Virus record (IMG/VR): IMGVR_UViG_3300031413_000005
Location: 45,430-109,429 of that record
Source: a virus
Reading direction: 5' to 3' (one strand)
Length of the DNA: 64,000 nt
Shown here: in pieces, positions 35,515-45,129 of the stretch
Layout of the letters: each line of letters starts with the position of its first letter
Numbering within the stretch: the stretch's first letter is position 1
Translations under genes and position numbers: made by a program
Notes under the pieces: model-generated
Told to the model about the DNA's origin: nothing
Databases searched by the model: none
What the model saw: only the letters and a program-made list of their open reading frames with translations

Positions 35515-38393
35515 TGGTCGAGCGCCTTAAAGCCAGAGGGGATGGGGATGGTCATCGTGGCAGCAGTGAAGCGGGCGACGAAGTTCCCGACCCCTCGGAA
35601 CGAACAACATGCGGAATAGCCCGAGTTCCGTCGCCCGACAGCGGCAACGTCAAGGGCGCGAATTTGCGATATGTCGATGCCTCCAACACCGGTTGCCGGG
35701 TTCGCATCAGCCGAACCATTGAACAGGGTTGACGTAGAAGGTCGCACCCAAAGAAGATCAGCGTCCGCATCCACGCAGAAAAGATACGACCCGCCACTCG
35801 GCACAGCCTCTGCTTTAGCATTCGCAACAGCGGCGAGAAGCATGGTGACTTGCCCGTTGGCGACAGGATTAAAGCCGATCCCCTCGTTTGTTGCGTACAC
35901 GGTGCCGCTCTGCGGCTTGTTCAGCTTGGTGAGGTGTCCGACAACGCCAAGCATCATATTCGCGGGCGTTCCCGTATAACCGACCTCCCAGCAGTATTTA
36001 CCGGTGCGAATGATCGGGTAACCGTAGACCACGGTCCCGCCACCGCCGCTCGGAAGCGAGGCAATGTCTGCGCCCCGGATAGCGGAAGCTGCGTCGCCGT
36101 TGGCGTTGGTCAAAACCACAGCCGTAGAATGGTCGAACCAGCTCCACGTCAGCGGCCCGAAGGTCCGAACGCCAGGAGCTGCGACTGCCTTGTTGATTGC
36201 GGCGCTATAAACTGGCCCGAAGTATTCAACCGCTGTGTTCTTGAAGTGCGTGCCGTCACCCGAGAAATCTACGGTAACCTTCGCAGCAGTATCGAGCTCT
36301 GGAACTGAGCCCAAATCGAACATGTAATCCGCGTTTAGGTAGCTGCTGTATAGGGCGCGAATGCTCTGGTTGAGCGGCACGGTAGCGCCGTCGAAGTTGT
36401 GCTCGACACTGGTATCAGTGGCATCGAACGCCACGTTATTGCGTGACGGGATGGTGCCGACAAGGGTTCGTTGGAACCCGACGCCACCAGCTCTGACCAT
36501 TACGGAACGGAGAGCCCGCATGATGGAGTCATGCGCCTGGAACACGCCGTCGTTGGTGCCGGCCATGATCGTGCCGATATTCATATCGACGTTGGGGTTA
36601 AAGGCAGGCCCCATGCCGACGTCCGAACCGGTGCCACCAAGCGGTCCTGCCGTTACCGAGATAGGCCCCGAGCCACCAGTGCCGTTCGCGAACTGGCTTG
36701 CCATGATTGCCGCAGTCTGACCGCTCAAAGACAGCTTGCGGTAAGTGTAGGTCGGCCCGGCAGTCAGGCCCGATACCACACCTCGATCGACGTAGCTGTT
36801 GATGCCACCAGGCGTACCGCCGATGCCGGTCGTGTTGCTGTCGCCCTCGGCAGCGATCTGCACGGTGGACGGCAGGTTCGAGAAGGCGTCATCGTTAAGG
36901 ATAGTGCCGGTCGCGCTCATCGATGCGCCCGTGACGTAGCCGCTCGGGGTCGAGATCAGGACGGTGAACGTCTCGTCAGGTTCGAATGAAGGGTCGCCGT
37001 TGACGCTAATCGAGAAGGTCCCAGTCGCGACACCGTCTGCCATCGCGACGTTTCCACCAGCAGGGAACGACCCACCGGTGAAGTCGCTCGCCGAAGTGCT
37101 GCCCGCGGTGAACGACCACGGAACATTGATCGCGCCCGTCGTCGACGATCGCGTCACGGTGTAGGTGAACACGGTTGCGCCGCTGTTCCCTTCGGACTTC
37201 GATTGCGCGCCCGACATGGTGACAGTTGGCGCAGCGTCGTCGTTTGTGATCGTGCCGGTCGACGTCACGGTGTTGAGCCCAGCTGCCGTAACAGCGAGGG
37301 TGAACGTGTCGTTGGGCTCGAATGCGGTGTCGCCCGCGACAATCACCGAAATGGTCTTGCTCGTCTCGCCTGCTGCAAACGTACCGCTGCCGGCCGGGAA
37401 TGCACCGCCGAAGTCTGCCGCGTCGGCCGGGTTTGCACCGCTACCCACGGTGGACCAGCTGAACGGATACGCTGCCGTGCTGCCGTCTCGGTTGAGCGTG
37501 AGGGTCCAGGAGAAGACAGCCGTTCCGCTGTTGCCTTCGGACTTGGTGACCGCAGACGAGAGCGACAGGGAAGGCGCTGGGACCGCAGCAGCAGCTGATA
37601 CCGTAACCGGGGAGGAGGTCGACTTGATCGTCTCTCCGTTGGTGCCAAGCACGGTATTCTCGCGGGTCAGCGAGCCCGTGGCATTCGGCGTGACCGTGGC
37701 GCCGGTGCCAATCGCGGTCGTGCCGAGCAGCCAGCGACGGCTCGTGATCGTGCCGTTCGTGGGGGTGCCGTCTGTCGCGGAGAAGGTCGTTCCGACCGCG
37801 CCGCTACTTGGCGAGATCGTCGGCTGGGTAAGCGTGGGCGACGGGATCGGCGTTACGGTTTCGCCGTCACCTGCGACCAGATCCGGGTCGCCGAAGACGC
37901 AGAGTGTGTCGGTTTCCAGGTTCACATAACCGTTGAACTCGACCGCGAACACACGCTGGTCGTCAACCTTGTAGGCGAAGGCCATGTCGCCCTTGCAGCT
38001 GGCAAGCGGGATGGTGAAGTCGCGGCTCTTGTCCTCGATCGGCATGCCCTTGGGGTGCAGAACCAGCGCGCCCGAAGTCTTGCGCAACGACGCACCGACG
38101 CCCGAACCGAGCGTGAGCTTCTTCCTCGCAAACTTGCCGATGCCGTTGGTTACGAGCGTCGCGCCAGGCGTCACGGCCAGGAGCTTGTCGAGATCGCGTT
38201 CAGCCATCGGCACCTTCACGGTGACCTTGCGACCCTTGATGACCTCGTCGATGGCGGTCTCGCCAAACTGGTCGACCGTGATGAGGGTCGATTCCGTGGC
38301 GATCGAGACTTCGACGCCGCCCTTCGTGAGACCAAGATCCAGGCCGCGATACGTCGGCAGGCATGGACCCATCTCAAGCTTTTCGAAACTCAC
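35511..38393 (-). CDS. tail-tube paralog fused to 2x Calx-beta, SGNH hydrolase and C-terminal beta (SPRY-like) domain
   Basis: N-terminal ~175 aa closely match the tube gene at 28448; two SEGNSG...GDT.FEP.ETF..ATGTI.NDD repeats; GDS, SGQT, GTND, DGTH. Confidence 0.8.
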   Translation of the reverse strand: MSFEKLEMGPCLPTYRGLDLGLTKGGVEVSIATESTLITVDQFGETAIDEVIKGRKVTVKVPMAERDLDKLLAVTPGATLVTNGIGKFARKKLTLGSGVGASLRKTSGALVLHPKGMPIEDKSRDFTIPLASCKGDMAFAYKVDDQRVFAVEFNGYVNLETDTLCVFGDPDLVAGDGETVTPIPSPTLTQPTISPSSGAVGTTFSATDGTPTNGTITSRRWLLGTTAIGTGATVTPNATGSLTRENTVLGTNGETIKSTSSPVTVSAAAAVPAPSLSLSSAVTKSEGNSGTAVFSWTLTLNRDGSTAAYPFSWSTVGSGANPADAADFGGAFPAGSGTFAAGETSKTISVIVAGDTAFEPNDTFTLAVTAAGLNTVTSTGTITNDDAAPTVTMSGAQSKSEGNSGATVFTYTVTRSSTTGAINVPWSFTAGSTSASDFTGGSFPAGGNVAMADGVATGTFSISVNGDPSFEPDETFTVLISTPSGYVTGASMSATGTILNDDAFSNLPSTVQIAAEGDSNTTGIGGTPGGINSYVDRGVVSGLTAGPTYTYRKLSLSGQTAAIMASQFANGTGGSGPISVTAGPLGGTGSDVGMGPAFNPNVDMNIGTIMAGTNDGVFQAHDSIMRALRSVMVRAGGVGFQRTLVGTIPSRNNVAFDATDTSVEHNFDGATVPLNQSIRALYSSYLNADYMFDLGSVPELDTAAKVTVDFSGDGTHFKNTAVEYFGPVYSAAINKAVAAPGVRTFGPLTWSWFDHSTAVVLTNANGDAASAIRGADIASLPSGGGGTVVYGYPIIRTGKYCWEVGYTGTPANMMLGVVGHLTKLNKPQSGTVYATNEGIGFNPVANGQVTMLLAAVANAKAEAVPSGGSYLFCVDADADLLWVRPSTSTLFNGSADANPATGVGGIDISQIRALDVAAVGRRNSGYSACCSFRGVGNFVARFTAATMTIPIPSGFKALDQ

Positions 38394-40021
38394 TTACCTG
38401 ACTCCTTGGCTTTATCGTCGGCCTTCACCGATCCCTTGTTGTTCTGTCCCTGCGAGCCGTTCTGTCCGGGGAGACGGCCGGGCTTCGGCGCCGTGGGGCG
38501 CCCAGCAGGCCCGCCAGGCATCAGCTCGGCCGGATCAGGCTCTGCGAGCCAGTCGCCGTCGATGTCGGCTTCGATGGCCTTCTTGTCGGTCTCGCTGACC
38601 TGGGGGTACATTTTGCCCGCCAGCTTCTTCATCTGGATCTTGCGGAGCGCCTTGGGCGCATTCATCACAGCCAGGCGCTGGGCGTTGTCCATGTCGTCGG
38701 CGAGGTTGCGGACGTCGAAGGTCGTCGGATACGTGACGTATTCTTTGCAGTCCTCAAGCTCCTCGAGGGTGCCCCACCAGCCCATCACGAGACGGTTGAT
38801 CGAGTTCTCGGCCGCGGCGAGCGCCATCGCCTTCGCGACCAGCATCGCGTTCAGGCGCTCGAAGTCATACGCCTTGGCGACGCCCGAGCTGTTGTCGATG
38901 CCGACCGAGTTGTCCGACTTGGTCCGCTCGCCGGCCATGCCGATCGAGTGGTAGATCTCGTCGATGATCTTAGAGATGACGGTGATGATGATCCCAGCCT
39001 GGCGAGGATCTGGGGACAGAAACTCCGGCGCGGAACCGCCTTCAGCATTGTAGGCGAACACCCGCTTGGTGCCCATCTCATACATCTGCTTCTGGGTGCC
39101 CTTCTTGCCCTCGTCGTCGTTGTCGGACTCGAGCAGTCCCTGATACGGGATCGCCAGCTGGCTGAAGGTCTGGTCCTGGATGATCGCGTCGAGGTTCGAC
39201 AGGTAGTTCGTGGCGCCGCGATCCATGTAGGCCACGTCGTCGATCAGGCCCTTGTTGGAGTAGAGCTCCTCGGACGGGTTGTGATCGACCGGCACGACCG
39301 GCACCGCGCCCAGCTTGTGCTCGGCGTTCTCACCGACCGCGGCGATGCGGTCACCGGCCTCGTTCTTGGCGACGGTGATGACGGCGTAAAATTCGGGCGT
39401 CCAGATGCGGAACTGCGTCGCGACCTTGCCGGAAGCGAGCGGGCTCACGTCGTCGCGCTTGGTCTCGGCCAGCAGGAACCACGACAGCTCGCCGTCCTCG
39501 TCATAGGCGAAATCGAGCGCGTCGATCGGGGACACCAGGTAGGCGTAGACGCGACCCTTTGATGCCTTTTCCTCGGCGACGGTCTTGGTCTCGGCGGGGA
39601 AGTTGTTGTCGACGACAACGTAGACGCGGCCGAAGATCGAGGACTTGCGCGAGATGGTGTCCATCAGCGTGTCGACTGGACGCTTCATGAGCGTCGCGTT
39701 CTTCCAGAACCGCTTGATCTTATCCGGAGCATCGGCGCTGCGCGCGATGTCGCCCTTCAGGACATATTTGTTGACGAGGTTCACGACCTCGCGTGTGTGC
39801 GGGAAGCGATAGGCGCGCTTCTTGCGCTCGCGAAATTCCCGCAGACCCTCCTTGTGATAGCGCCAGAGGTTCGCGTCGAACCACGAACGGCCCCCGTCAT
39901 GGGTCGCTTCGAGGAAACGCCAATGATCGAGGTTGTCCGCATATTCGGGGTGCCGGCGATCGACGATCGCGAGCAGGGCGTCAGACGATGCCGCCTTCAG
40001 TTCAGTGAGCGTGATAGCCAT
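38390..40021 (-). CDS. portal protein
   Basis: 543 aa after terL; VPVV, LIDDVAY.D, SSGVAKAYDF. Confidence 0.8.
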   Translation of the reverse strand: MAITLTELKAASSDALLAIVDRRHPEYADNLDHWRFLEATHDGGRSWFDANLWRYHKEGLREFRERKKRAYRFPHTREVVNLVNKYVLKGDIARSADAPDKIKRFWKNATLMKRPVDTLMDTISRKSSIFGRVYVVVDNNFPAETKTVAEEKASKGRVYAYLVSPIDALDFAYDEDGELSWFLLAETKRDDVSPLASGKVATQFRIWTPEFYAVITVAKNEAGDRIAAVGENAEHKLGAVPVVPVDHNPSEELYSNKGLIDDVAYMDRGATNYLSNLDAIIQDQTFSQLAIPYQGLLESDNDDEGKKGTQKQMYEMGTKRVFAYNAEGGSAPEFLSPDPRQAGIIITVISKIIDEIYHSIGMAGERTKSDNSVGIDNSSGVAKAYDFERLNAMLVAKAMALAAAENSINRLVMGWWGTLEELEDCKEYVTYPTTFDVRNLADDMDNAQRLAVMNAPKALRKIQMKKLAGKMYPQVSETDKKAIEADIDGDWLAEPDPAELMPGGPAGRPTAPKPGRLPGQNGSQGQNNKGSVKADDKAKESGK

Positions 40022-40029
40022 AGCGCGCT

Positions 40030-40066
40030 ATCATACCAGATTGCATGTGTGTTGCCTACCATGCAC
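40030..40066 (-). promoter_or_regulatory. 24-bp motif with -10, upstream of the portal gene
   Basis: 2 mismatches versus 22198-22234. Confidence 0.85.
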
Positions 40067-40069
40067 TGC

Positions 40070-41323
40070 CTACAGATCGATACCGATCGGCATGCGGACC
40101 TTGCGGCCGTAGTGATAGTGGATCGGGTAACCCACGGCGTCGGCCATGTGGTCCACACCCATCGTCTTGTCGACCATCGGCGTGCCCGGCTTGTAGATCG
40201 TCTGCTCCATCGCCTCGATGACGTGCGTGCATTTGGCGTCGAACCGGAGGCGGATCGTGCCGTCTGCGGTGCGCAGCATCGAGTTCACGGCCGACACGCG
40301 GTCCGCGACCAGTGGATGCTTCTTCGGGAAGATGAGCTTGATGTAGCCCTTCTCGCGGAAGACATCGAGGTCGCTCTCGCCGCGGCTGGAGCTGCGGTTC
40401 GAACCGGCCGGATCGGGGTAGATGGCGATCGAGCGCTTGTATTTGAAATAGCGGCGGTCGAGTTCCTCGGCCACCTCCATGACGTTCGAGTTCGGGAAGT
40501 GGATCTCGTCGATGATCCAGACCTCGCCGTTCTCCTGCACCTGCATGATTGCAGACGACATCGGATCGACGTTGAAGTCCTGGCCAACGATGATCGGTAG
40601 CTTCGGATTGAACGGGTAATTGCCGACGTGCTGCCGGCGATCGAACTGGTAATAGACGCGGCCCGACATGCTCTCGAACGACGCCTCGAACTCCTGACGG
40701 AAGCTCTTGGGGTCCATCGAGTTACGCGCGGTCTCGATCTCAGAAGGCGGGAAGAACGGGCTTTCGATCGTGGGAATCTGCCACGACATATACTCCAGTT
40801 TCTTCTGGTTCTTCTTGATCTGCCCGAGACGATACATCTCGTGGAAATGGTTGAAGGACTTCGGCGTGCCGATGATGAGCGCGCGACCGCGGGTGGTCGT
40901 CAGCGTCGGGAACAGAACCTCCTGCCAGACGCCCGGCCGGAAATCCTGGTACTCGTCCAAGATCAGGAAGTGCAGCGCACGGCCGCGCAGCGTGTCGGGG
41001 CGATCGGCGCCCTTCAGCTGGATGAGCACGCCGTTGATGAGGCGGATCTCGAGCCTGGTCTCGTGGGTCTTGCGGATCCACGACGCCGGTATGTTCGCCA
41101 GCAGCTCGTCCCACATCAGGTCGCGGGCCATCGTGAAGGTCGGCGCGACATACCAGATGATCTTAGGACCGCGGCCCCGCGCGGCGCGGATGATCTCGGC
41201 GCGCGCAAGCGTGGTCTTCCCGAACCGTCGACCCGCGACAAGCGTGCGGAAGCGAGCCGGGTGACGGAACACGTCGGCCTGCCCCTTGTGGAGCTTGATG
41301 TGGATCTTCGGTGGTTCGAACAT
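40070..41323 (-). CDS. terminase large subunit
   Basis: AGRRFGKT, LRG..L...ILDE, GTPK, FRQEFEASF, GQDFN, DHMADA. Confidence 0.93.
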   Translation of the reverse strand: MFEPPKIHIKLHKGQADVFRHPARFRTLVAGRRFGKTTLARAEIIRAARGRGPKIIWYVAPTFTMARDLMWDELLANIPASWIRKTHETRLEIRLINGVLIQLKGADRPDTLRGRALHFLILDEYQDFRPGVWQEVLFPTLTTTRGRALIIGTPKSFNHFHEMYRLGQIKKNQKKLEYMSWQIPTIESPFFPPSEIETARNSMDPKSFRQEFEASFESMSGRVYYQFDRRQHVGNYPFNPKLPIIVGQDFNVDPMSSAIMQVQENGEVWIIDEIHFPNSNVMEVAEELDRRYFKYKRSIAIYPDPAGSNRSSSRGESDLDVFREKGYIKLIFPKKHPLVADRVSAVNSMLRTADGTIRLRFDAKCTHVIEAMEQTIYKPGTPMVDKTMGVDHMADAVGYPIHYHYGRKVRMPIGIDL

Positions 41324-41328
41324 GAGGA

Positions 41329-41895
41329 TTAGCCGGCGTTGTCGCCGTCGTCCTCTGCATCCTCGTCCAGGCCGGTCTGATAGGACTCCTCGATCGCGTC
41401 CTGAATACCGGTGATCTCGTCGGTCGTGTATTCGCCGATGTTCAGATCCGGCAGTTCCTCGGACTGGTCCTTCAAATCGTCGATGCTCAGGATCGTCCAG
41501 ATCTCGGAGCGGCCCTTCTCGACGATCTTCATCGCGTTGCCGAGAACGATCAAGTCGGCGTTGATGCCAGGAAGGGCGCTGGCCTGATTGGCTTCGAGCA
41601 CCTTCTTCATCGCCATTCGCGTGATCGCAGTCACGTAGCCGGCGTGGTCCGACTTCAACTTGGTCGCCTCGGCAACGCGGCGGGCAAGCTCGGCACGGGC
41701 GGCGTCGTCAGCGTCGTTGCGCACCTCATCGAGACGCGACGCCTTTTCGATGCCGCGCTCCTTCAGGCCCTTCTCGATGGCCTGGCGCGACACCCCGAAC
41801 TGCTCACCCAGCTGTCGAGTGTTCTTCTCGCCGCGCTGGTAGAGGACGACGATGGTCGCCCATTCCGCAGCCGTGAGGTTCTTGCCGGTGGTCAT
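41329..41895 (-). CDS. terminase small subunit
   Basis: N-terminal HTH (LGEQFGVSRQAI), directly upstream of terL. Confidence 0.7.
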   Translation of the reverse strand: MTTGKNLTAAEWATIVVLYQRGEKNTRQLGEQFGVSRQAIEKGLKERGIEKASRLDEVRNDADDAARAELARRVAEATKLKSDHAGYVTAITRMAMKKVLEANQASALPGINADLIVLGNAMKIVEKGRSEIWTILSIDDLKDQSEELPDLNIGEYTTDEITGIQDAIEESYQTGLDEDAEDDGDNAG

Positions 41896-41928
41896 CTCTA
41901 GTCGTCTTTTATCGGGAGTGTCAAGCGG

Positions 41929-41952
41929 TGCATGTGTGTAGTCTACCATGCA
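41929..41952 (-). repeat. 24-bp dispersed motif
   Basis: tgcatg-tgtgtagtctac-catgca. Confidence 0.9.
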
Positions 41953-42192
41953 CCTCGATTTTTTGGAAGCCAGCGCGCTTCGCGCTGATCGCCGCGGGAT
42001 TTTCGGTCTCGTGCGCGTGCTCGCGTATGCGCGCTAGGCGTGTGCGCTCGCGTGCGCGCGCGTTAGAGATTCTCCGATTGCGCTGGATTCGAGCTTGATC
42101 TCGAAACTCCCGCGCTCCGGTATATTACTTACTACGTAGTAATATGGGAACGAGGTTCTTTTTTGTTCTTTTAGACAGAATGTCTTACCTAT

Positions 42193-42480
42193 TCAGATTG
42201 AGGGTCTGAAAAGCGCATAACCCGCGGTGGTCGACGCATACGTGCGGAGTGAGCGCTTCCTCCTGGTCACGAGCTTATCCTCGCGAGCCAGACCATGCGC
42301 GGCGAGATGCCGAAGGCTGCACAACATGGCTCCCCGGGTCGTCCCCGGTGATACGAGGTCGATCAGCTGCATGAGGTCGAGCAGACTCCCGTCGGGATTG
42401 CGCCGAATGAGCGCCTGCATGATCGCCGTCTGCTTCGGGGTCATCTTGGGCGGAAGACGCTTCGCGTCGAGCTGCATCAT
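42193..42480 (-). CDS. winged-helix DNA-binding protein
   Basis: MTPKQTAIM...SLRHLAAHGL...YASTTAG; ATGA overlap with the GNAT gene. Confidence 0.55.
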   Translation of the reverse strand: MMQLDAKRLPPKMTPKQTAIMQALIRRNPDGSLLDLMQLIDLVSPGTTRGAMLCSLRHLAAHGLAREDKLVTRRKRSLRTYASTTAGYALFRPSI

Positions 42481-43391
42481 GGCATCACCAGCGGCATGTT
42501 CGGGGCCTGTGCGTCGAAGCACCGCAGCGGCAGGATTGCCGGCAGCGGAGCGGCCTGGACGGGGTTCTGGTAAACCCCGTAGAGCGGGCTCGCTAGGGTC
42601 ATCTGCTGGAGGTTGTGAAGCACGTCGCGCATGGGCATTGCGGCCACGCGGCGCTCACCCACACCACCCAGCGATTTGCCGGTCTTCTCCATCGATGAGT
42701 TCTTGTAATAGAACGATTTTGTTTGCTCCTCGATCGCCTTACGCTCGGCGATCGGCAGGCTCATAAATTCCTCCACGAGCGCCTCCAGATCGGCCGGATC
42801 GCTGGTGAACGTCGAGCGGAAAAACCGCATGCCCAGGTCGTATTTGTTCGAGCGCATCGGCTTGACGAACGTGAAGCCGGCGCGGTGCGCGAACAGGTTG
42901 TATTTCGACATCGACGACTGGATCTCGATGTAGCGTTTGCCCTCCATCCGAGCGGCCAGATTGGTGAACCGGTAGGCAAGCCCGGCGCCGCGGTACATCG
43001 TGTCGATGACGACGCGCGCCACGACCGACATATTCGCGTTGATCCACTTCATCCGGTATTGGTTCGTCAGCTTGTTGTCCTCGCCGGTGGGCTTCAGCTT
43101 CGGGAAGGCGACGTGCCGCTCCTTCAGCAGAAGCTTCGGGCTTGCCATCACCAGCACACCGACCAGCTCGTCGCCGAGCTTGAGCGTGAAGTGGTGCGAG
43201 CCGGCCGGGAGCGATCCTGCCTGCTTGTAGTGGAGGGCCTCGAGCGTGCGCCAGTCCTCGATCGTGCCGCGCTGGACGGTCATGTCGTCGAGCAGCGACA
43301 GCTTCGGCGTGGCGAGCGAACGCACGACGTCCCAGTGAACTTCCGGGTTGCGCTCCAAGATTCGCGGTTCTATGTGTGTGTTATCCACCAT
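42477..43391 (-). CDS. GNAT/Mom-like acyltransferase
   Basis: LHYK, ELVGVLV, ARVVIDTMYRGAGLA (acetyl-CoA motif A). Confidence 0.7.
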   Translation of the reverse strand: MVDNTHIEPRILERNPEVHWDVVRSLATPKLSLLDDMTVQRGTIEDWRTLEALHYKQAGSLPAGSHHFTLKLGDELVGVLVMASPKLLLKERHVAFPKLKPTGEDNKLTNQYRMKWINANMSVVARVVIDTMYRGAGLAYRFTNLAARMEGKRYIEIQSSMSKYNLFAHRAGFTFVKPMRSNKYDLGMRFFRSTFTSDPADLEALVEEFMSLPIAERKAIEEQTKSFYYKNSSMEKTGKSLGGVGERRVAAMPMRDVLHNLQQMTLASPLYGVYQNPVQAAPLPAILPLRCFDAQAPNMPLVMP

Positions 43392-43394
43392 GCA
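43371..43394 (-). repeat. 24-bp motif spanning the ABC stop / GNAT start
   Basis: tatgtg-tgtgttatccac-catgca. Confidence 0.7.
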
Positions 43395-44028
43395 CCCGAT
43401 TGATAGAGATACGCTCGTGAAACCTTTTCGTGATGCTCAAGGAAGGCGACAGCTCCTCGATCAGATCCGAGTGCGTGGTGGCGACGATCAGGGTCTTGCC
43501 GTAGGCACGCGCGGCCTTGGCGAGATTCCAAGCCACAATTCTCGCCGTGACGCGATCGAGTACCGCCCCAAACTCGTCCGCGACCCAGACGTCGGCATCG
43601 CTTTCGATCAGCTTCGCAAGACGGTATCGGTACTTCTGTCCATCCGAGAGCTCACCGGGCTTTCGAATGTAGAGGTAAGCGTCGGAAAGACCGGCGATGG
43701 AAAGCAAGCGGATAGCGTCGGCCATGCTCTCGGGTGCGAGCTGATCTATGATCGCCTTTTCATCGGAGAACTCGATAGCGTCGAGATTGGCGACCTTCTG
43801 ACCCGTGCGCTCCAGCGCGGCGCTCGTCTCACGGAGAAGCACCGACTTGCCGGCGCCCGACTGTCCGTTGATGTAGACGACGTCACCCGGCTCAAGGTCA
43901 AATTCTACGTTGTCGAGGACCGTGAAGTCCCGGTCTTCCAGCCCAAGCCCAAAGGCTTCGGCCACCTTGATGACTCGCTCGCTGCGCGCGGTGCGGGTGG
44001 TGAACGACCGATTTAGGGTGATCTTCAT
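43381..44028 (-). CDS. stand-alone ABC-type ATPase
   Basis: GQSGAGKS, LSDGQKYR, VWVADEF, VATTH; no permease nearby. Confidence 0.85.
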   Translation of the reverse strand: MKITLNRSFTTRTARSERVIKVAEAFGLGLEDRDFTVLDNVEFDLEPGDVVYINGQSGAGKSVLLRETSAALERTGQKVANLDAIEFSDEKAIIDQLAPESMADAIRLLSIAGLSDAYLYIRKPGELSDGQKYRYRLAKLIESDADVWVADEFGAVLDRVTARIVAWNLAKAARAYGKTLIVATTHSDLIEELSPSLSITKRFHERISINRVHGG

Positions 44029-44447
44029 GCCTCGTCCTCGTCATACTGGGCCTGGCTGAAGACCTCCTTGATGTGGCTTTCGAGCAGCGAGCAGCCGCCC
44101 AGGAACAGTGCCATGTGCTCCTCGAGCCCGACCGACATCGCGGTCTGCACCGTGCCCATGTTCGTCTGATTGCTCTCGACACCGGCCACCAGCGCGACGT
44201 GACGGACCTCGCCCTGCTCGACGAGGTCGATGTAATGTTCCAGCAGCGAGATCGTCTCGTCGCGCTCGAGCTGGCGCATGTCGTCGCCGGTCACGAACGG
44301 CTCGCCCTCCACGGCAACCATGTGGTCGGGCTCTGCGACCTCCTCGTCGGTAACAAGAATCATGATCTTCTGGCCCGGGCCGGGCTTCAGGACGTCCGCG
44401 GCGAGGTCGCGCAGCGCTTCCAGGTCTGCGAGCTCAGGGACGTGCAT
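44025..44447 (-). CDS. hypothetical protein
   Basis: MHVPELADL...; overlaps both neighbours. Confidence 0.55.
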   Translation of the reverse strand: MHVPELADLEALRDLAADVLKPGPGQKIMILVTDEEVAEPDHMVAVEGEPFVTGDDMRQLERDETISLLEHYIDLVEQGEVRHVALVAGVESNQTNMGTVQTAMSVGLEEHMALFLGGCSLLESHIKEVFSQAQYDEDEA

Positions 44448-45123
44448 TGAGCCACTCCGTGAAGGCTTCAGCGCCCTTCTTGCCGGTCGCGCCCTCAACC
44501 TCGGCCACGAAGCGCTTGAACAGCACCACCTGCGCGACCGGCACGCCGCGGAACCCGAACACCTTCGAGATCGGCTGCATGGCGGTGTCCACGGCCGCGA
44601 CCTTGTCGGCGGTTTCCGCATCCTGGGCGTCGAGCTCGGCGTCGAGATCCTCGGCCAGTCCGCCAAGATCCATCGCGCCCAGATCCTCGGTCAGGAAGGC
44701 GAGTTCGCGATCGTCGAGGCCAAGGCTCCCCAGATCGACATCGTCGACCATCGAGAGGCGAGCGATTTCCTCGGCCATGAAGCCGCTGTCGTAATCGGTG
44801 CCCTGCGTCTTGTTGTCGGCGATGCGCGCGGCGTCGGCCTGGTTCTTCGTCAAATGCTTGGCGTGACGCACCGGGAACTCGACGTGGCCCATCTCGAGCA
44901 GGCACGCGTAGCGCTTGTGACCGGCGATCAGAACCCCGTCGACATCGACGATCAGCGTGTTGATGAGACCGAACTCGCGGATCGACGCGATCGTCTTGTC
45001 CTTGTCGGTGCGGCTGTGGATCTTGTTGTTCTTCGCATACGGCGAGATGCGATCAGCCGTCCACATCTCGACGGGGAGACGCTGAAGGCCATAGGGGTCA
45101 TGCGTGTGTGTGTTGTCTGCCAT
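44434..45123 (-). CDS. ParB/Srx N-terminal domain protein
   Basis: PYAKNNKIH, SIREFG, IAGHKR, RIADNK. Confidence 0.85.
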   Translation of the reverse strand: MADNTHTHDPYGLQRLPVEMWTADRISPYAKNNKIHSRTDKDKTIASIREFGLINTLIVDVDGVLIAGHKRYACLLEMGHVEFPVRHAKHLTKNQADAARIADNKTQGTDYDSGFMAEEIARLSMVDDVDLGSLGLDDRELAFLTEDLGAMDLGGLAEDLDAELDAQDAETADKVAAVDTAMQPISKVFGFRGVPVAQVVLFKRFVAEVEGATGKKGAEAFTEWLNARP

Positions 45124-45126
45124 GCG
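45103..45126 (-). repeat. 24-bp motif encoding the ParB N-terminus
   Basis: cgtgtg-tgtgttgtctgc-catgcg. Confidence 0.7.
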
Positions 45127-45129
45127 CTC

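Noticed and set aside
43381-44028. ABC transporter
   Set aside because: No permease or binding protein nearby; coupled to a GNAT instead.
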